Positions 22,313-31,144 of a stretch of DNA of 64,000 nucleotides are shown in pieces (positions within the stretch are counted from its first letter, which is position 1; every line of letters begins with the position of its first letter). Origin of the DNA: a bacterium. GTDB taxonomy: Bacteria > JADJOY01. Made by a program: the position numbers and the translations under genes. The notes below the pieces were generated by a model. The model saw nothing but the letters and a program-made list of their open reading frames with translations, was not told where the DNA came from and did not search any database. Where the stretch lies: positions 1 through 64,000 of the forward strand of contig JAXLQJ010000043.1 of NCBI GenBank assembly GCA_046331705.1. Direction: 5' to 3'.

Positions 22313-23715
22313 CGCTTGCTCGCGCTCGGCAGCTCGTAGACGTCGCCGAGCCGCGGCAGATGGGCGGTCACGCCGAGCTCGCGTTCGATCCGCGCCGCCA
22401 ACGATTCGGCGGAGGCGGGCTCGCCGTGGGTGACGAAGACCTGCGCGGGTGCAGCGCCGTCGCCGCGAATCCAGCGCATCAGCTCGTCGCAGTCGGCGTG
22501 CGCCGAGAGCCCGCCCAGCGAGAGCAGCCGCGCGCGCACCGGGACGTCCTCGCCGTGCATGCGGACGGTCGACCGCCCCTCGAGCAGCGCCCGGCCGCGG
22601 GTGCCCGCCGCTTGGTAGCCGACCAGCACGATCAGGTTGCGCTCGTCGGTGAGCAGGCGGTGCAGATGATGGACGACGCGCCCGCCCGTCAGCATGCCGC
22701 TCGCGGAGATGATGACGCGCGGCCCGGAAAGCGTGTTGAGGCGCTTCGACTCGTCGACGCTGCGATGGAAATGGATGCCCTCCGGGAAGAGCCGGCTGTG
22801 GCCGTTCTGCAGGATGTCGGGGTCGAGGTTCTCGTCGCCCACGTGCTTGGCGTAGATGCGGGTGGCGTCCACGGCCATCGGGCTGTCGATGTGGATCGGC
22901 ACGCGCGGAATGAGCCCGTCGCGCATCGCATCGCCGAGGAGCAACGTGACGATCTGCGCTCGGCCGACGGCGAACGAGGGGATCAGGATCGTGCCGCCGC
23001 GGGCGCAGGCTTGCTGGAAGGGTTTGCGGAGCTGGTCGATGGGCGGCGTGGGGTCGTGGCGACGGTCGCCGTAGGTGGACTCGGCGATCAGCACCTCGCA
23101 GGGCGGCCGCGGTCGGGGGTCGGGGTGCAGCGGCGCCGCGTAGCGCCCCAGATCGCCGCTGAACACGATGCGCAGCGTGCGGCCCTCGGCGGGCGCCTCC
23201 ATCTCGACGTGTGCGGAGCCCAGGATGTGGCCGGCGTTGGCGAAGCGCGCGCGAAACTCGTCACCCAGCGTGATCCAGTCGCCGTACGCGACCGGGCTCA
23301 GGAGCCGCAGCGCCTGCTGGGCGTCCGCCACGGTGTAGAGCGGCAGCGCTGGCTTGTGCTTGCTGAAGCCGCGTCGGTTCGCGAACTCGGCGTCTTCCTC
23401 CTGGAGATGGGCGGCGTCGAGCAGCATCAGCTCGGCGAGCTCCGCGGTGGCCTCGGTGCAGTAGATCGGGCCGCGAAAGCCGTCGCGCACCAGCTTGGGC
23501 AGGTAGCCCGAGTGATCGATGTGCGCGTGGGTGAGGATGAGCGCGTTCACGCCGCCCGGCTCGAACGACGGCGGCTGCCAATTGAGCAGTCGCAGCTCCT
23601 TCAGCCCTTGGAAGAGGCCGGCGTCGACGAGGCAGCGGGTGCCGCGCGCCTCGATCAGATAGCGCGATCCCGTCACCGTGCCCGCGCCGCCGTGGAACTC
23701 GATCCTCGTGGTCAT
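22309..23715 (-). CDS. MBL-fold beta-CASP ribonuclease-like protein
   Basis: GGAGTVTGS, LTHAHIDHSG, GHILGS, FSGDLG, ESTYGDR, SAHAD, VTHGE. Confidence 0.92.
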   Translation of the reverse strand: MTTRIEFHGGAGTVTGSRYLIEARGTRCLVDAGLFQGLKELRLLNWQPPSFEPGGVNALILTHAHIDHSGYLPKLVRDGFRGPIYCTEATAELAELMLLDAAHLQEEDAEFANRRGFSKHKPALPLYTVADAQQALRLLSPVAYGDWITLGDEFRARFANAGHILGSAHVEMEAPAEGRTLRIVFSGDLGRYAAPLHPDPRPRPPCEVLIAESTYGDRRHDPTPPIDQLRKPFQQACARGGTILIPSFAVGRAQIVTLLLGDAMRDGLIPRVPIHIDSPMAVDATRIYAKHVGDENLDPDILQNGHSRLFPEGIHFHRSVDESKRLNTLSGPRVIISASGMLTGGRVVHHLHRLLTDERNLIVLVGYQAAGTRGRALLEGRSTVRMHGEDVPVRARLLSLGGLSAHADCDELMRWIRGDGAAPAQVFVTHGEPASAESLAARIERELGVTAHLPRLGDVYELPSASKR

Positions 23716-23869
23716 GCGCGCTCCGTCGCTCGAGCCTCGGTCGAGAATGCTCGATTTCGCGGCGCGGGCTCAAGCCGGCGTCTCACGCGCTCGCTCGATG
23801 TCCGCGCGAGCGCCGCGCACGCGCGCGTGAGCTACCCTCGGCGCGTCGACGCTCAACGGGGAGGGCTCC

Positions 23870-24205
23870 GTGTCCGAGCACTACTACGACGCCCACGATC
23901 TCGGAAAATTCGGCGAGATCGGCGCGAACGCGCCCGAGCTGGCGCGGAAATTCTTCGACTGGTATGGCGCGGTGTTCGCGGAAGGGGCGCTCAGCGCGCG
24001 CGAGAAATCGCTCATCGCGCTGGCGGTCGCGCACGCGGTGCAGTGTCCGTACTGCATCGACGCGTACAGCCGCGACGCACTGGAAAAGGGCGCCGACTTG
24101 GATCAGATGACCGAGGCCGTGCACGTCTCGGCGGCGATCCGCGGCGGCGCGAGCCTGGTGCACGGCGTGCAGATGCGCAACCACGCGACCAAGCTCGGGA
24201 TGTGA
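23870..24205 (+). CDS. AhpD/CMD-family protein (arsenosugar biosynthesis-associated peroxidase-like)
   Basis: EKSLIALAVAHAVQCPYCIDAY and AIRGGASLVHGVQM; lies directly upstream of arsS. Confidence 0.85.
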   Translation: MSEHYYDAHDLGKFGEIGANAPELARKFFDWYGAVFAEGALSAREKSLIALAVAHAVQCPYCIDAYSRDALEKGADLDQMTEAVHVSAAIRGGASLVHGVQMRNHATKLGM

Positions 24206-24253
24206 CGGTGGCGTCGAGCGCGTGTTCGGCGCTGGCCGCCCGCTGAGACCGAG

Positions 24254-25306
24254 ATGAGCACCGAGGCTCCGCGCTCGCTCGCGTCGCGTGGCGCACCGCT
24301 CGCGTCGCCCGACCGGCAGCGCGCGCTCCTCGACGAGCTGCGCGGCGTGGCGCCGTTCGCGCAGGCGCTCGCGGACGCGGGGTTGTGGCCGTTGCGCGCC
24401 ACCGGGATCGAGGTGCTCCAGGTCAACGTGGGCAAGCTCTGCAATCAGACCTGTCGGCATTGCCACGTCGACGCAGGGCCGGATCGCGTGGAGAGCATGA
24501 CCCGCGAGACCCTCGAATGCTGCCTCGCCGTGGTCGCCGAGGCGGCGATCCCGACGGTCGACTTGACCGGCGGCGCGCCCGAGCTCCATCCGCATTTCCG
24601 GTGGTTCGTGGAGCGGGCGGCGGCGCTCGGCGCGCACGTGATCGATCGCTGCAACCTCACGGTGCTGGGCGCGCCGTCGCTCGCCGATCTGCCGGACTTC
24701 TTCGCGGAACACGGAGTCGAGGTGGTGTGCTCGCTGCCCCACCATCGGGCGCCGAGCACCGATCGCCAGCGCGGCGACGGCGTGTTCGAGCGCTCGATCG
24801 CCGGCTTGCGTCGCCTCAACCAGGTCGGCTACGGCCGCGGCGATCCGCGCCGGCGGCTGGTGCTGGTGACGAACCCGGTGGGCGCCTTCTTGCCGGGCGC
24901 GCAGGCGTCGCTCGAGCGCGAGTGGAAGCGCGAGCTCGCGCGGCGCCACGGCGTCGAGTTCGATGCGCTCTACACCGTCACCAACATGCCGATCAGCCGT
25001 TTCCTCGAATGGCTCGTGGACTCCGCCAATCTCTCGGCGTACATGGAGCGGCTGGTGCAGGCGTTCAATCCGCTGGCGGCGCGTGGCGTGATGTGTCGAA
25101 GCATGATCTCGGTGGGCTGGGACGGACGGCTCCACGATTGCGACTTCAACCAGATGCTCGACCTCACGGTCGAGGCCGGCATGCCCCGGCACGTGGCCGA
25201 GTTCGATGCCGCGCTGCTCGGCGCGCGGCGGGTCGTGGTCGGACGGCACTGCTTCGGCTGCACGGCCGGAGCCGGATCGTCCTGTGGTGGCGCGACGGTC
25301 GGCTGA
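24254..25306 (+). CDS. arsS: Radical SAM/Cys-rich protein of the ArsS family (DUF3641 C-terminus)
   Basis: QVNVGKLCNQTCRHCHVDAGP, LTGGAPELHP, DCDFNQML, HCFGCTAGAGSSCGG. Confidence 0.85.
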   Translation: MSTEAPRSLASRGAPLASPDRQRALLDELRGVAPFAQALADAGLWPLRATGIEVLQVNVGKLCNQTCRHCHVDAGPDRVESMTRETLECCLAVVAEAAIPTVDLTGGAPELHPHFRWFVERAAALGAHVIDRCNLTVLGAPSLADLPDFFAEHGVEVVCSLPHHRAPSTDRQRGDGVFERSIAGLRRLNQVGYGRGDPRRRLVLVTNPVGAFLPGAQASLEREWKRELARRHGVEFDALYTVTNMPISRFLEWLVDSANLSAYMERLVQAFNPLAARGVMCRSMISVGWDGRLHDCDFNQMLDLTVEAGMPRHVAEFDAALLGARRVVVGRHCFGCTAGAGSSCGGATVG

Positions 25307-25316
25307 AGCGAGCGCC

Positions 25317-25778
25317 ATGAAGGCAACGCCCGTTGGATGGCCGCGGATCTCGAGCGCGCTCTATTACGACGATCCCGCCCGGGCGATCGAGTGGCTCTGC
25401 GAGGCATTCGGCTTCGAGGTGCGGCTCTGCATCGAAGGCGAGGGCGGGCGAGTCGAGCATTCGGAGCTGGTGTTCGGGGACGGCCTCGTCATGGTGGGTG
25501 GCACGGGTCCGCACTCGGCCCATCCGGAGCTCACGCAGCGCGCGACTCCGAGCGCGGTGGGAGGCGGCAACACCCAGAATTTGCTGGTCTTCGTCGACGA
25601 CGTGGACGCACACTGCGCGCGTGCCCGGGCGTGTGGTGCGCGCATCGTCGCCGAGCCCAAGACGGTGGATCACGGCGCCGACTACTGGAGCGATCGGATC
25701 TACGAGGCCGAGGATCCCTGGGGCCACCATTGGTGGTTCACGCAGCGCGTGCGGGACCCGAGCCCACCCAGCGGTTGA
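25317..25778 (+). CDS. VOC/glyoxalase (PhnB-like) protein
   Basis: YDDPARAIEWLCEAFGF, HSELVFGDG, FVDDVDAHCARARACGA, DPWGHHWWF. Confidence 0.85.
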   Translation: MKATPVGWPRISSALYYDDPARAIEWLCEAFGFEVRLCIEGEGGRVEHSELVFGDGLVMVGGTGPHSAHPELTQRATPSAVGGGNTQNLLVFVDDVDAHCARARACGARIVAEPKTVDHGADYWSDRIYEAEDPWGHHWWFTQRVRDPSPPSG

Positions 25779-25860
25779 AGCAGGCCGCGCTCGGATAGGC
25801 GGGGCCCGAGCCGACATTCGACGCCCGGGTGCAACCCCCCGGCGGCGCCTCGGGCAGTTG

Positions 25861-26169
25861 AGCGCCATTGTCGTCAACTTTCTGATAGATCGACACAATA
25901 TTGATCGAATGTCCGTCAGTCACCGTCAGTGTGGATTCACATGGCTCGATTTCAGGTGGGTGGCACCACCGATTCCCTCGGAGTTATCACTGGAATAGCT
26001 CAACGAATTCCGAGTGATGCCGGAATGGTGTCGGTCGGTGCGCTCGCGCAATGCACTTTGACGATATCATGTCGGATAATAGACGATTTTGGCCTTGGGA
26101 TTGCTCAATTCGCCGCTGATGCCTGACTTATTTGTGACGATGTCGTCATGGCTCAGGCGGGAGTCGAAC
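25861..26169. promoter_or_regulatory. AT-enriched intergenic region with direct and inverted repeats upstream of the CocE-like gene
   Basis: CAATATTG palindrome 25896-25903; CCGTCAGT twice at 25913 and 25923; nested complementary segments 25963-26041. Confidence 0.4.
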
Positions 26170-28395
26170 GTGAATAGCTGTGTTGTTGACAAGCTGAGCC
26201 CCCGACGCCCACGCGTCCAGGACCTGGCCCTTTGCCTCGTGCTGGGAGCGGCGATCGCCGCCGCCATGCCCGCCAGCGCGGCCTCCACGAAGTCCACGGT
26301 GGCCATTCCCATGCGCGACGGGAAGACCCTCGCCGCGGACGTCTACAAACCCACGAGCACCTCGGGTCCCTGGCCCGTGATCGTCGTTCAGACTCCCTAC
26401 GACCGACGCACCTGGGAGCCCATCTTCACCTTCGATCAGAACACCGATCCGTTGCTCAAGAGTCCCAACTACGCGTGGGTGTTCGTGGATTGGCGCGGCT
26501 TCTTCGGCTCGTCGAGCGCCCAGTACTCGGGTTGCCCCACCCGAGGCCAGGACGGCTACGACGTGGTCGAGTGGGTGGCCAAGCAATCGTTCAGCAACGG
26601 CAAGGTCGGCGCCTGGGGTGTATCCGCCCTGGGCACCGCGATCCTCGCCACCGCCCAAGAGGCGCCGCCGCACCTCGTGTCGGCGGTACCCATGCAGTAC
26701 TACTGGCGCGAGGGCTACGCGCTCAGCTACCCGGGCGGCGTCTACTACAAGAACCGCAACGACTCCCCGTTCGGGAACGGCTACCTGTCGCGCAACCATC
26801 CGCTCTACGACTGGTGGTGGACGCAGGTCGAGACGACCTCCAACCCCATCACGAGCGTGCGCATCCCGATGCTCCACGTGACGGGCTGGTACGACCACAT
26901 GACCGACACCACGCTCGGCGAGATGCAGCGCGTGCAGAGCGGTGGCGCCGCGGGCGCTGCCGGGAAGCAGAAGGCGCTCATCGGGCCGTGGTCGCACAGC
27001 CACGTGAGCGACGCCCAGCAAGGCCAGCTCAGCTACCCGGACGCGGCGACGATCCAGGCCACCGCGGCGCTCGAGTTCTTCGACTTCACGCTGCGCGGGA
27101 TCGCGAACGGATACAACCAACGCGCCACCTATCGCTACTACCAGACGAACGAGGGGCGGCTGGTCGACTCGGCGAGCTGGCCGCCCGCGGACGCGAGCAC
27201 GCAGACGTTCTATCTGCGGGGCGACGCGTCGCTGACGTTCGCGTCGCCGTCGGCGAGCGAGACGCCACGCTCGTACGTGGCCGACCCCGCGAATCCGGTG
27301 CCCACGCTCTTCGGCGCGGTCCTCGACGACGCCAACGCCACCACCGGCCCCGGCGATCTGCGGCCGATCGAAGCGCGTGGCGACGTGCTCTCGTTCTCGA
27401 CCCGACCGCTCTCCAACCCGCTGCCGATCGCCGGCCGTCCGCGGGTGCGTCTCAACCTCACGGCCACGACCGTCGACACCGACGTGGCGGTGCGCCTCAC
27501 GCAGGTGCGCGCCGACGGCAGCTCGATGCTGATCGTCGATTCGATCCGCCGCGTCTCGCTGCGGTCGGGCTACACCTCGCGTCAGATGCTGAGCTCCGGG
27601 ACCGTCTACACCGTGGACGTCGACCTGCCCTCGGTCGCGATCACCATCCCCGCGGGGGACCGTCTGCGGGTCCTCGTGGCACCGTCGAACTACGACCGCT
27701 TCGACAAGAACATGCAGGACGGCTCGTCGTTCTCGGACGCCACCGGCGCCGTGGCGACGCGCGGCACCGTGCAGATCCTCCTCGACTCGGCGCATCCCAG
27801 CACGTTGACGCTGCCTTCGGTCTCGACGCAGCCCACCGCGCCAGCGGCACCGAGCGCGCTCACCGCGGCGGCCGCCTCCACCACCTCCATCAACCTCGGC
27901 TGGAGCGACGGCTCGAGCAACGAGACCGGGTTCATGATCGAGCGCTCGACCGACGGCGCCAATTTCAGCGCCGTCGCCTCCGTGTCCGCGAACGAGGTCA
28001 GCTTCGCCGACGCCGGCCTCACCCCGTCGACGACCTACTACTACCGCGTGCACGCCTTCAATTCCGTGGGCGACTCGGCGAACACCACCGTCGCCAGCGC
28101 CATCACCCAGACCGCGCCGCCGGCGGCGCCGAGCGCGCTCGCGGCCAGCTCGATCGCGAAGACGCAGGTGGTGCTCACCTGGACCGACGGCTCGAGCAAC
28201 GAGACCAACTTCAAGGTCCAGCGCTCCACCGACAACAAGAACTTCTCGACCGTCGGCACGCTGGGCGCGAACGCGACCACCTTCACGAACACCGGGCTGC
28301 GCGGCGGCAAGACCTACTACTACCGCGTGTACGCGTACAACGGCGCCGGCAACTCGGCCTACTCGAACACCCTCACCGTCACCACCCCGCGCTGA
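26170..28395 (+). CDS. Secreted CocE/NonD family hydrolase with two C-terminal fibronectin type III domains
   Basis: MRDGKTLAADVY, TPY, DWRGFFGS, DGYDVVEW, WGVSALG, GWYD, IGPWSH; two FN3 repeats (W.DGSSNET.F...RSTD...YYYRV.A.N); start uncertain. Confidence 0.88.
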   Translation: MNSCVVDKLSPRRPRVQDLALCLVLGAAIAAAMPASAASTKSTVAIPMRDGKTLAADVYKPTSTSGPWPVIVVQTPYDRRTWEPIFTFDQNTDPLLKSPNYAWVFVDWRGFFGSSSAQYSGCPTRGQDGYDVVEWVAKQSFSNGKVGAWGVSALGTAILATAQEAPPHLVSAVPMQYYWREGYALSYPGGVYYKNRNDSPFGNGYLSRNHPLYDWWWTQVETTSNPITSVRIPMLHVTGWYDHMTDTTLGEMQRVQSGGAAGAAGKQKALIGPWSHSHVSDAQQGQLSYPDAATIQATAALEFFDFTLRGIANGYNQRATYRYYQTNEGRLVDSASWPPADASTQTFYLRGDASLTFASPSASETPRSYVADPANPVPTLFGAVLDDANATTGPGDLRPIEARGDVLSFSTRPLSNPLPIAGRPRVRLNLTATTVDTDVAVRLTQVRADGSSMLIVDSIRRVSLRSGYTSRQMLSSGTVYTVDVDLPSVAITIPAGDRLRVLVAPSNYDRFDKNMQDGSSFSDATGAVATRGTVQILLDSAHPSTLTLPSVSTQPTAPAAPSALTAAAASTTSINLGWSDGSSNETGFMIERSTDGANFSAVASVSANEVSFADAGLTPSTTYYYRVHAFNSVGDSANTTVASAITQTAPPAAPSALAASSIAKTQVVLTWTDGSSNETNFKVQRSTDNKNFSTVGTLGANATTFTNTGLRGGKTYYYRVYAYNGAGNSAYSNTLTVTTPR

Positions 28396-28498
28396 CGCGC
28401 GGTCGTTCACCCGCGCCCACGCCCGAAACGGCGTGCAGGGCGTGGGTGCCTCGACGGCAGCGAGGAGAGAGTGGCGCACGCTTGCGGCGCGCGCTGCC

Positions 28499-31144
28499 TC
28501 ACGGCTGGCTCGATCGCCAGCTCGCGATCCAGCGGTGAGCTTCGTCGAGGGCTTCGTCGTAGCCGCGCTCGGCCCCCGCGTTCATGGCCACAGTGAAGGC
28601 CGTCTCACCCAGCGCCGCGCGCGCCCGATCGACGAGTGGCCGCAGATAGCTCTCGTCGGGCGGGTCGCGGTGGAAATCGGTGCGATCGCGCTCGGCCTCC
28701 GAGGCACCGTAGAAACGGGCGGTGACCTCCCACTCGCCGCGGGTCGCGGCGAGCCCCGCGCAGACGTCGAGGACGAGCTGGCCCGTCATGCGGAGGTCGA
28801 ACTCCCGGGTCAGCGCCATCGCCTCGCGGGTTGGCTCGATCGCCCGCGCGGGCTCGCCTCGGCTCACCTCGTTCATGGCGAGGTTGAGGAGCCCGATCGA
28901 GAGGCTGGAGCGATCGTTGGTGCGTCGCCAGCAGTCGATCACCTCTTCGTAGAGCGTCTGCGCCACGTCGTGCTCGCCCCGGTAGCGATGGATCTCCGCG
29001 GCCGTGGTGAGGGTCATGCCGAGGGTTTCCGGGTCACCGAGGCGGCGCGCGATGGCGACGGCCTCGTCCGAGTGGGCACGGGATTGCGCCAGATCGCCCC
29101 GCACGGCGTCGAACCCGGCGATGTAGCGGAGGGTGAGCGCCGCCGAGTGATCGGCGCCGATCTCGCGTGCGATGGAGAGGCTCTCGCGCGCCGGCTCCTC
29201 CGCCTCGGCGTAGCGGCCCATCGAGAAGCCGAAGCGCATCCACTCGTAGAGCGCCTGGCAGCGCAGCGCGGTGCGTGCCTCTGCGCCGGGGCGGGCGAGC
29301 GCCTCGCGCACCAACCGGTGTCCCTGCTCGAGGCGGCCGCGCTGGCGCAGGTAGCTCGCGAGCGCGACGACCAGCCGGAGCCCGCGCTCGACGTGACGCG
29401 GCGCCTCGTCGCACCACGCGTGGGCGGCGAGCAGGTTCTCGAGGTCGGCGTCGAATGCGAGCCACGCGCCTGCATCGCCGGCGTGCGCGGTCTCGGGCGC
29501 CCGCTCGGCGATCGCCAGGTAGTGATCGAGATGGCGATCGCGGATCGCGGCTTCCTCGTCGGACTCGCGCAACCGCTCCAGCGCGTACGCGCGAATCGTC
29601 TCGAGCATGCGGTAGCGGCTGCGGTCCGGCTCGTGCACCACCAGCGATTTCTCGACCAGGTTGGTGAGCAGATCGACGACGTCGAAGGCGTCCACGTCGC
29701 CGGTGGCGCACACCGCCTCCGCGGCGTCGAGCGAGAACCCGCCCGCGAAGGCCGCCAGTCGTCGCACGAGCGCCCGCTCGGGCTCGGTGAGCAGGTCGTG
29801 GCTCCAGTCGATGAGCGCGCGCAGCGTCTGCTGGCGTTTGAGGGCAACCCGCGCGCCGCGGGTCAGGAGCCGGAAGCGATCGCCGAGACGCTCGGCGATC
29901 TGTTCCAGGGTGAGGCTCGACGCGCGCGCCGCGGCCAGCTCGATGGCGAGGGGGATGCCGTCGAGGCGCCGGCAGACGTCGGCGACGAGGGCTGCGTTGC
30001 GCTCGGTGAGCGCGAACGACGAGGCCACCTGCATGGCGCGGTCGACGAAGAGCTTCACCGCTTCCGATTGGGCGAGCTCGGCGAACGACGCACCCTCGTC
30101 CGGATCGATCAGCCCCAGCGACGGCACGCGATAGGTGCTCTCGCCCGGTATTCGCAGCGGCTCGCGGCTGGTGGCGAGAACCCGCGAGCGCGGGCTCGCT
30201 GCGAGCAGTGTCGCGACCAGCTCGGCGGCGGCTTCCACCAGGTGCTCGCAGTTGTCGACGATCACCAGCCGCTCTTCGGTGGCGATGCGCGCCGTCAGCG
30301 CGTCGAGCACGGGGCGCCCTGGCGGCACGGCGATGCCGAGCGCCGTGGCGGTCGCCTGTGGAACCTCGCGCTCGCTGGTGAGCGCCGCCAGCTCCACGAA
30401 CCACACGCCGTGCGGAAACCGTTCCACCAGCTCGCCGCTCACCTGCAACGCGAGACGCGTCTTGCCCGCGCCGCCCGAGCCCGTGAGCGTGACCAGTCGC
30501 GAGCGCGCCAGCGCCTGCCCGATCTCGGCGATGGGCTGCTCGCGGCCGATGAAGTGCGTGAGCTGAACCGGCAGGTTGTTCGGGATCGCGTCGAGGGTCT
30601 TGAGCGGCGGGAAGTCCTGGAGCAGGTCGGGTGCCACGAGCTGGTGAATGCGCTCGGGGCGGTTGAGGTCGCGAAGCCGGCGTTCGCCGAGGTCGCGCAG
30701 CGTGACATCGTGCGGGAGCCGGTCGCGCACCAGCTCGTAGGTCGCCTGCGTGAGCAGCACCTGGCCGCCGTGGCCGGCGCTCGTGAGCCGCGCGACGCGG
30801 TTCAAGAGCGGCCCGACGTAGTCGTCGTCGCGCTCCTCGGTCTCGCCCGAGTGAAGCGCCATCCGCACGCGGATCTCGGCGTCGCCCCAGGGCTCGGCCT
30901 TGAGCGCGCGCTGGGCGGCGACGGCGGCGGCGACTGCCGCGGGCGCGGTGTCGAAAGCGACCTGAAACGCATCGCCGATCATCTTGTACGGGTAGCCGTC
31001 GTGAGCCGCGAACGCTTCCCGCAGGAGCGCTTCCTGGCGCGCGTGTGCTTCCGCCATCCACGCCGGGCGCTCTTCCCAGAGCTGCGTCGAGCCCTCGATG
31101 TCGGTGAAGAGGAACGTCACCGTTCCGGAGGGCCGCCCGGACAT
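28499..31144 (-). CDS. Class III adenylate/guanylate cyclase - STAND ATPase - TPR protein (paralog E, 881 aa)
   Basis: FTDIEGST, KMIGDAF, DYVGPLLNRVARL; GSGGAGKTR; VDNCEH; LDGIPLAIELAAA; TPR-like C-terminus; TGATG overlap with paralog D. Confidence 0.9.
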   Translation of the reverse strand: MSGRPSGTVTFLFTDIEGSTQLWEERPAWMAEAHARQEALLREAFAAHDGYPYKMIGDAFQVAFDTAPAAVAAAVAAQRALKAEPWGDAEIRVRMALHSGETEERDDDYVGPLLNRVARLTSAGHGGQVLLTQATYELVRDRLPHDVTLRDLGERRLRDLNRPERIHQLVAPDLLQDFPPLKTLDAIPNNLPVQLTHFIGREQPIAEIGQALARSRLVTLTGSGGAGKTRLALQVSGELVERFPHGVWFVELAALTSEREVPQATATALGIAVPPGRPVLDALTARIATEERLVIVDNCEHLVEAAAELVATLLAASPRSRVLATSREPLRIPGESTYRVPSLGLIDPDEGASFAELAQSEAVKLFVDRAMQVASSFALTERNAALVADVCRRLDGIPLAIELAAARASSLTLEQIAERLGDRFRLLTRGARVALKRQQTLRALIDWSHDLLTEPERALVRRLAAFAGGFSLDAAEAVCATGDVDAFDVVDLLTNLVEKSLVVHEPDRSRYRMLETIRAYALERLRESDEEAAIRDRHLDHYLAIAERAPETAHAGDAGAWLAFDADLENLLAAHAWCDEAPRHVERGLRLVVALASYLRQRGRLEQGHRLVREALARPGAEARTALRCQALYEWMRFGFSMGRYAEAEEPARESLSIAREIGADHSAALTLRYIAGFDAVRGDLAQSRAHSDEAVAIARRLGDPETLGMTLTTAAEIHRYRGEHDVAQTLYEEVIDCWRRTNDRSSLSIGLLNLAMNEVSRGEPARAIEPTREAMALTREFDLRMTGQLVLDVCAGLAATRGEWEVTARFYGASEAERDRTDFHRDPPDESYLRPLVDRARAALGETAFTVAMNAGAERGYDEALDEAHRWIASWRSSQP

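Noticed and set aside
24254-25306. Selenocysteine recoding in arsS
   Set aside because: No in-frame TGA; the C-terminal Cys codons are TGC/TGT.
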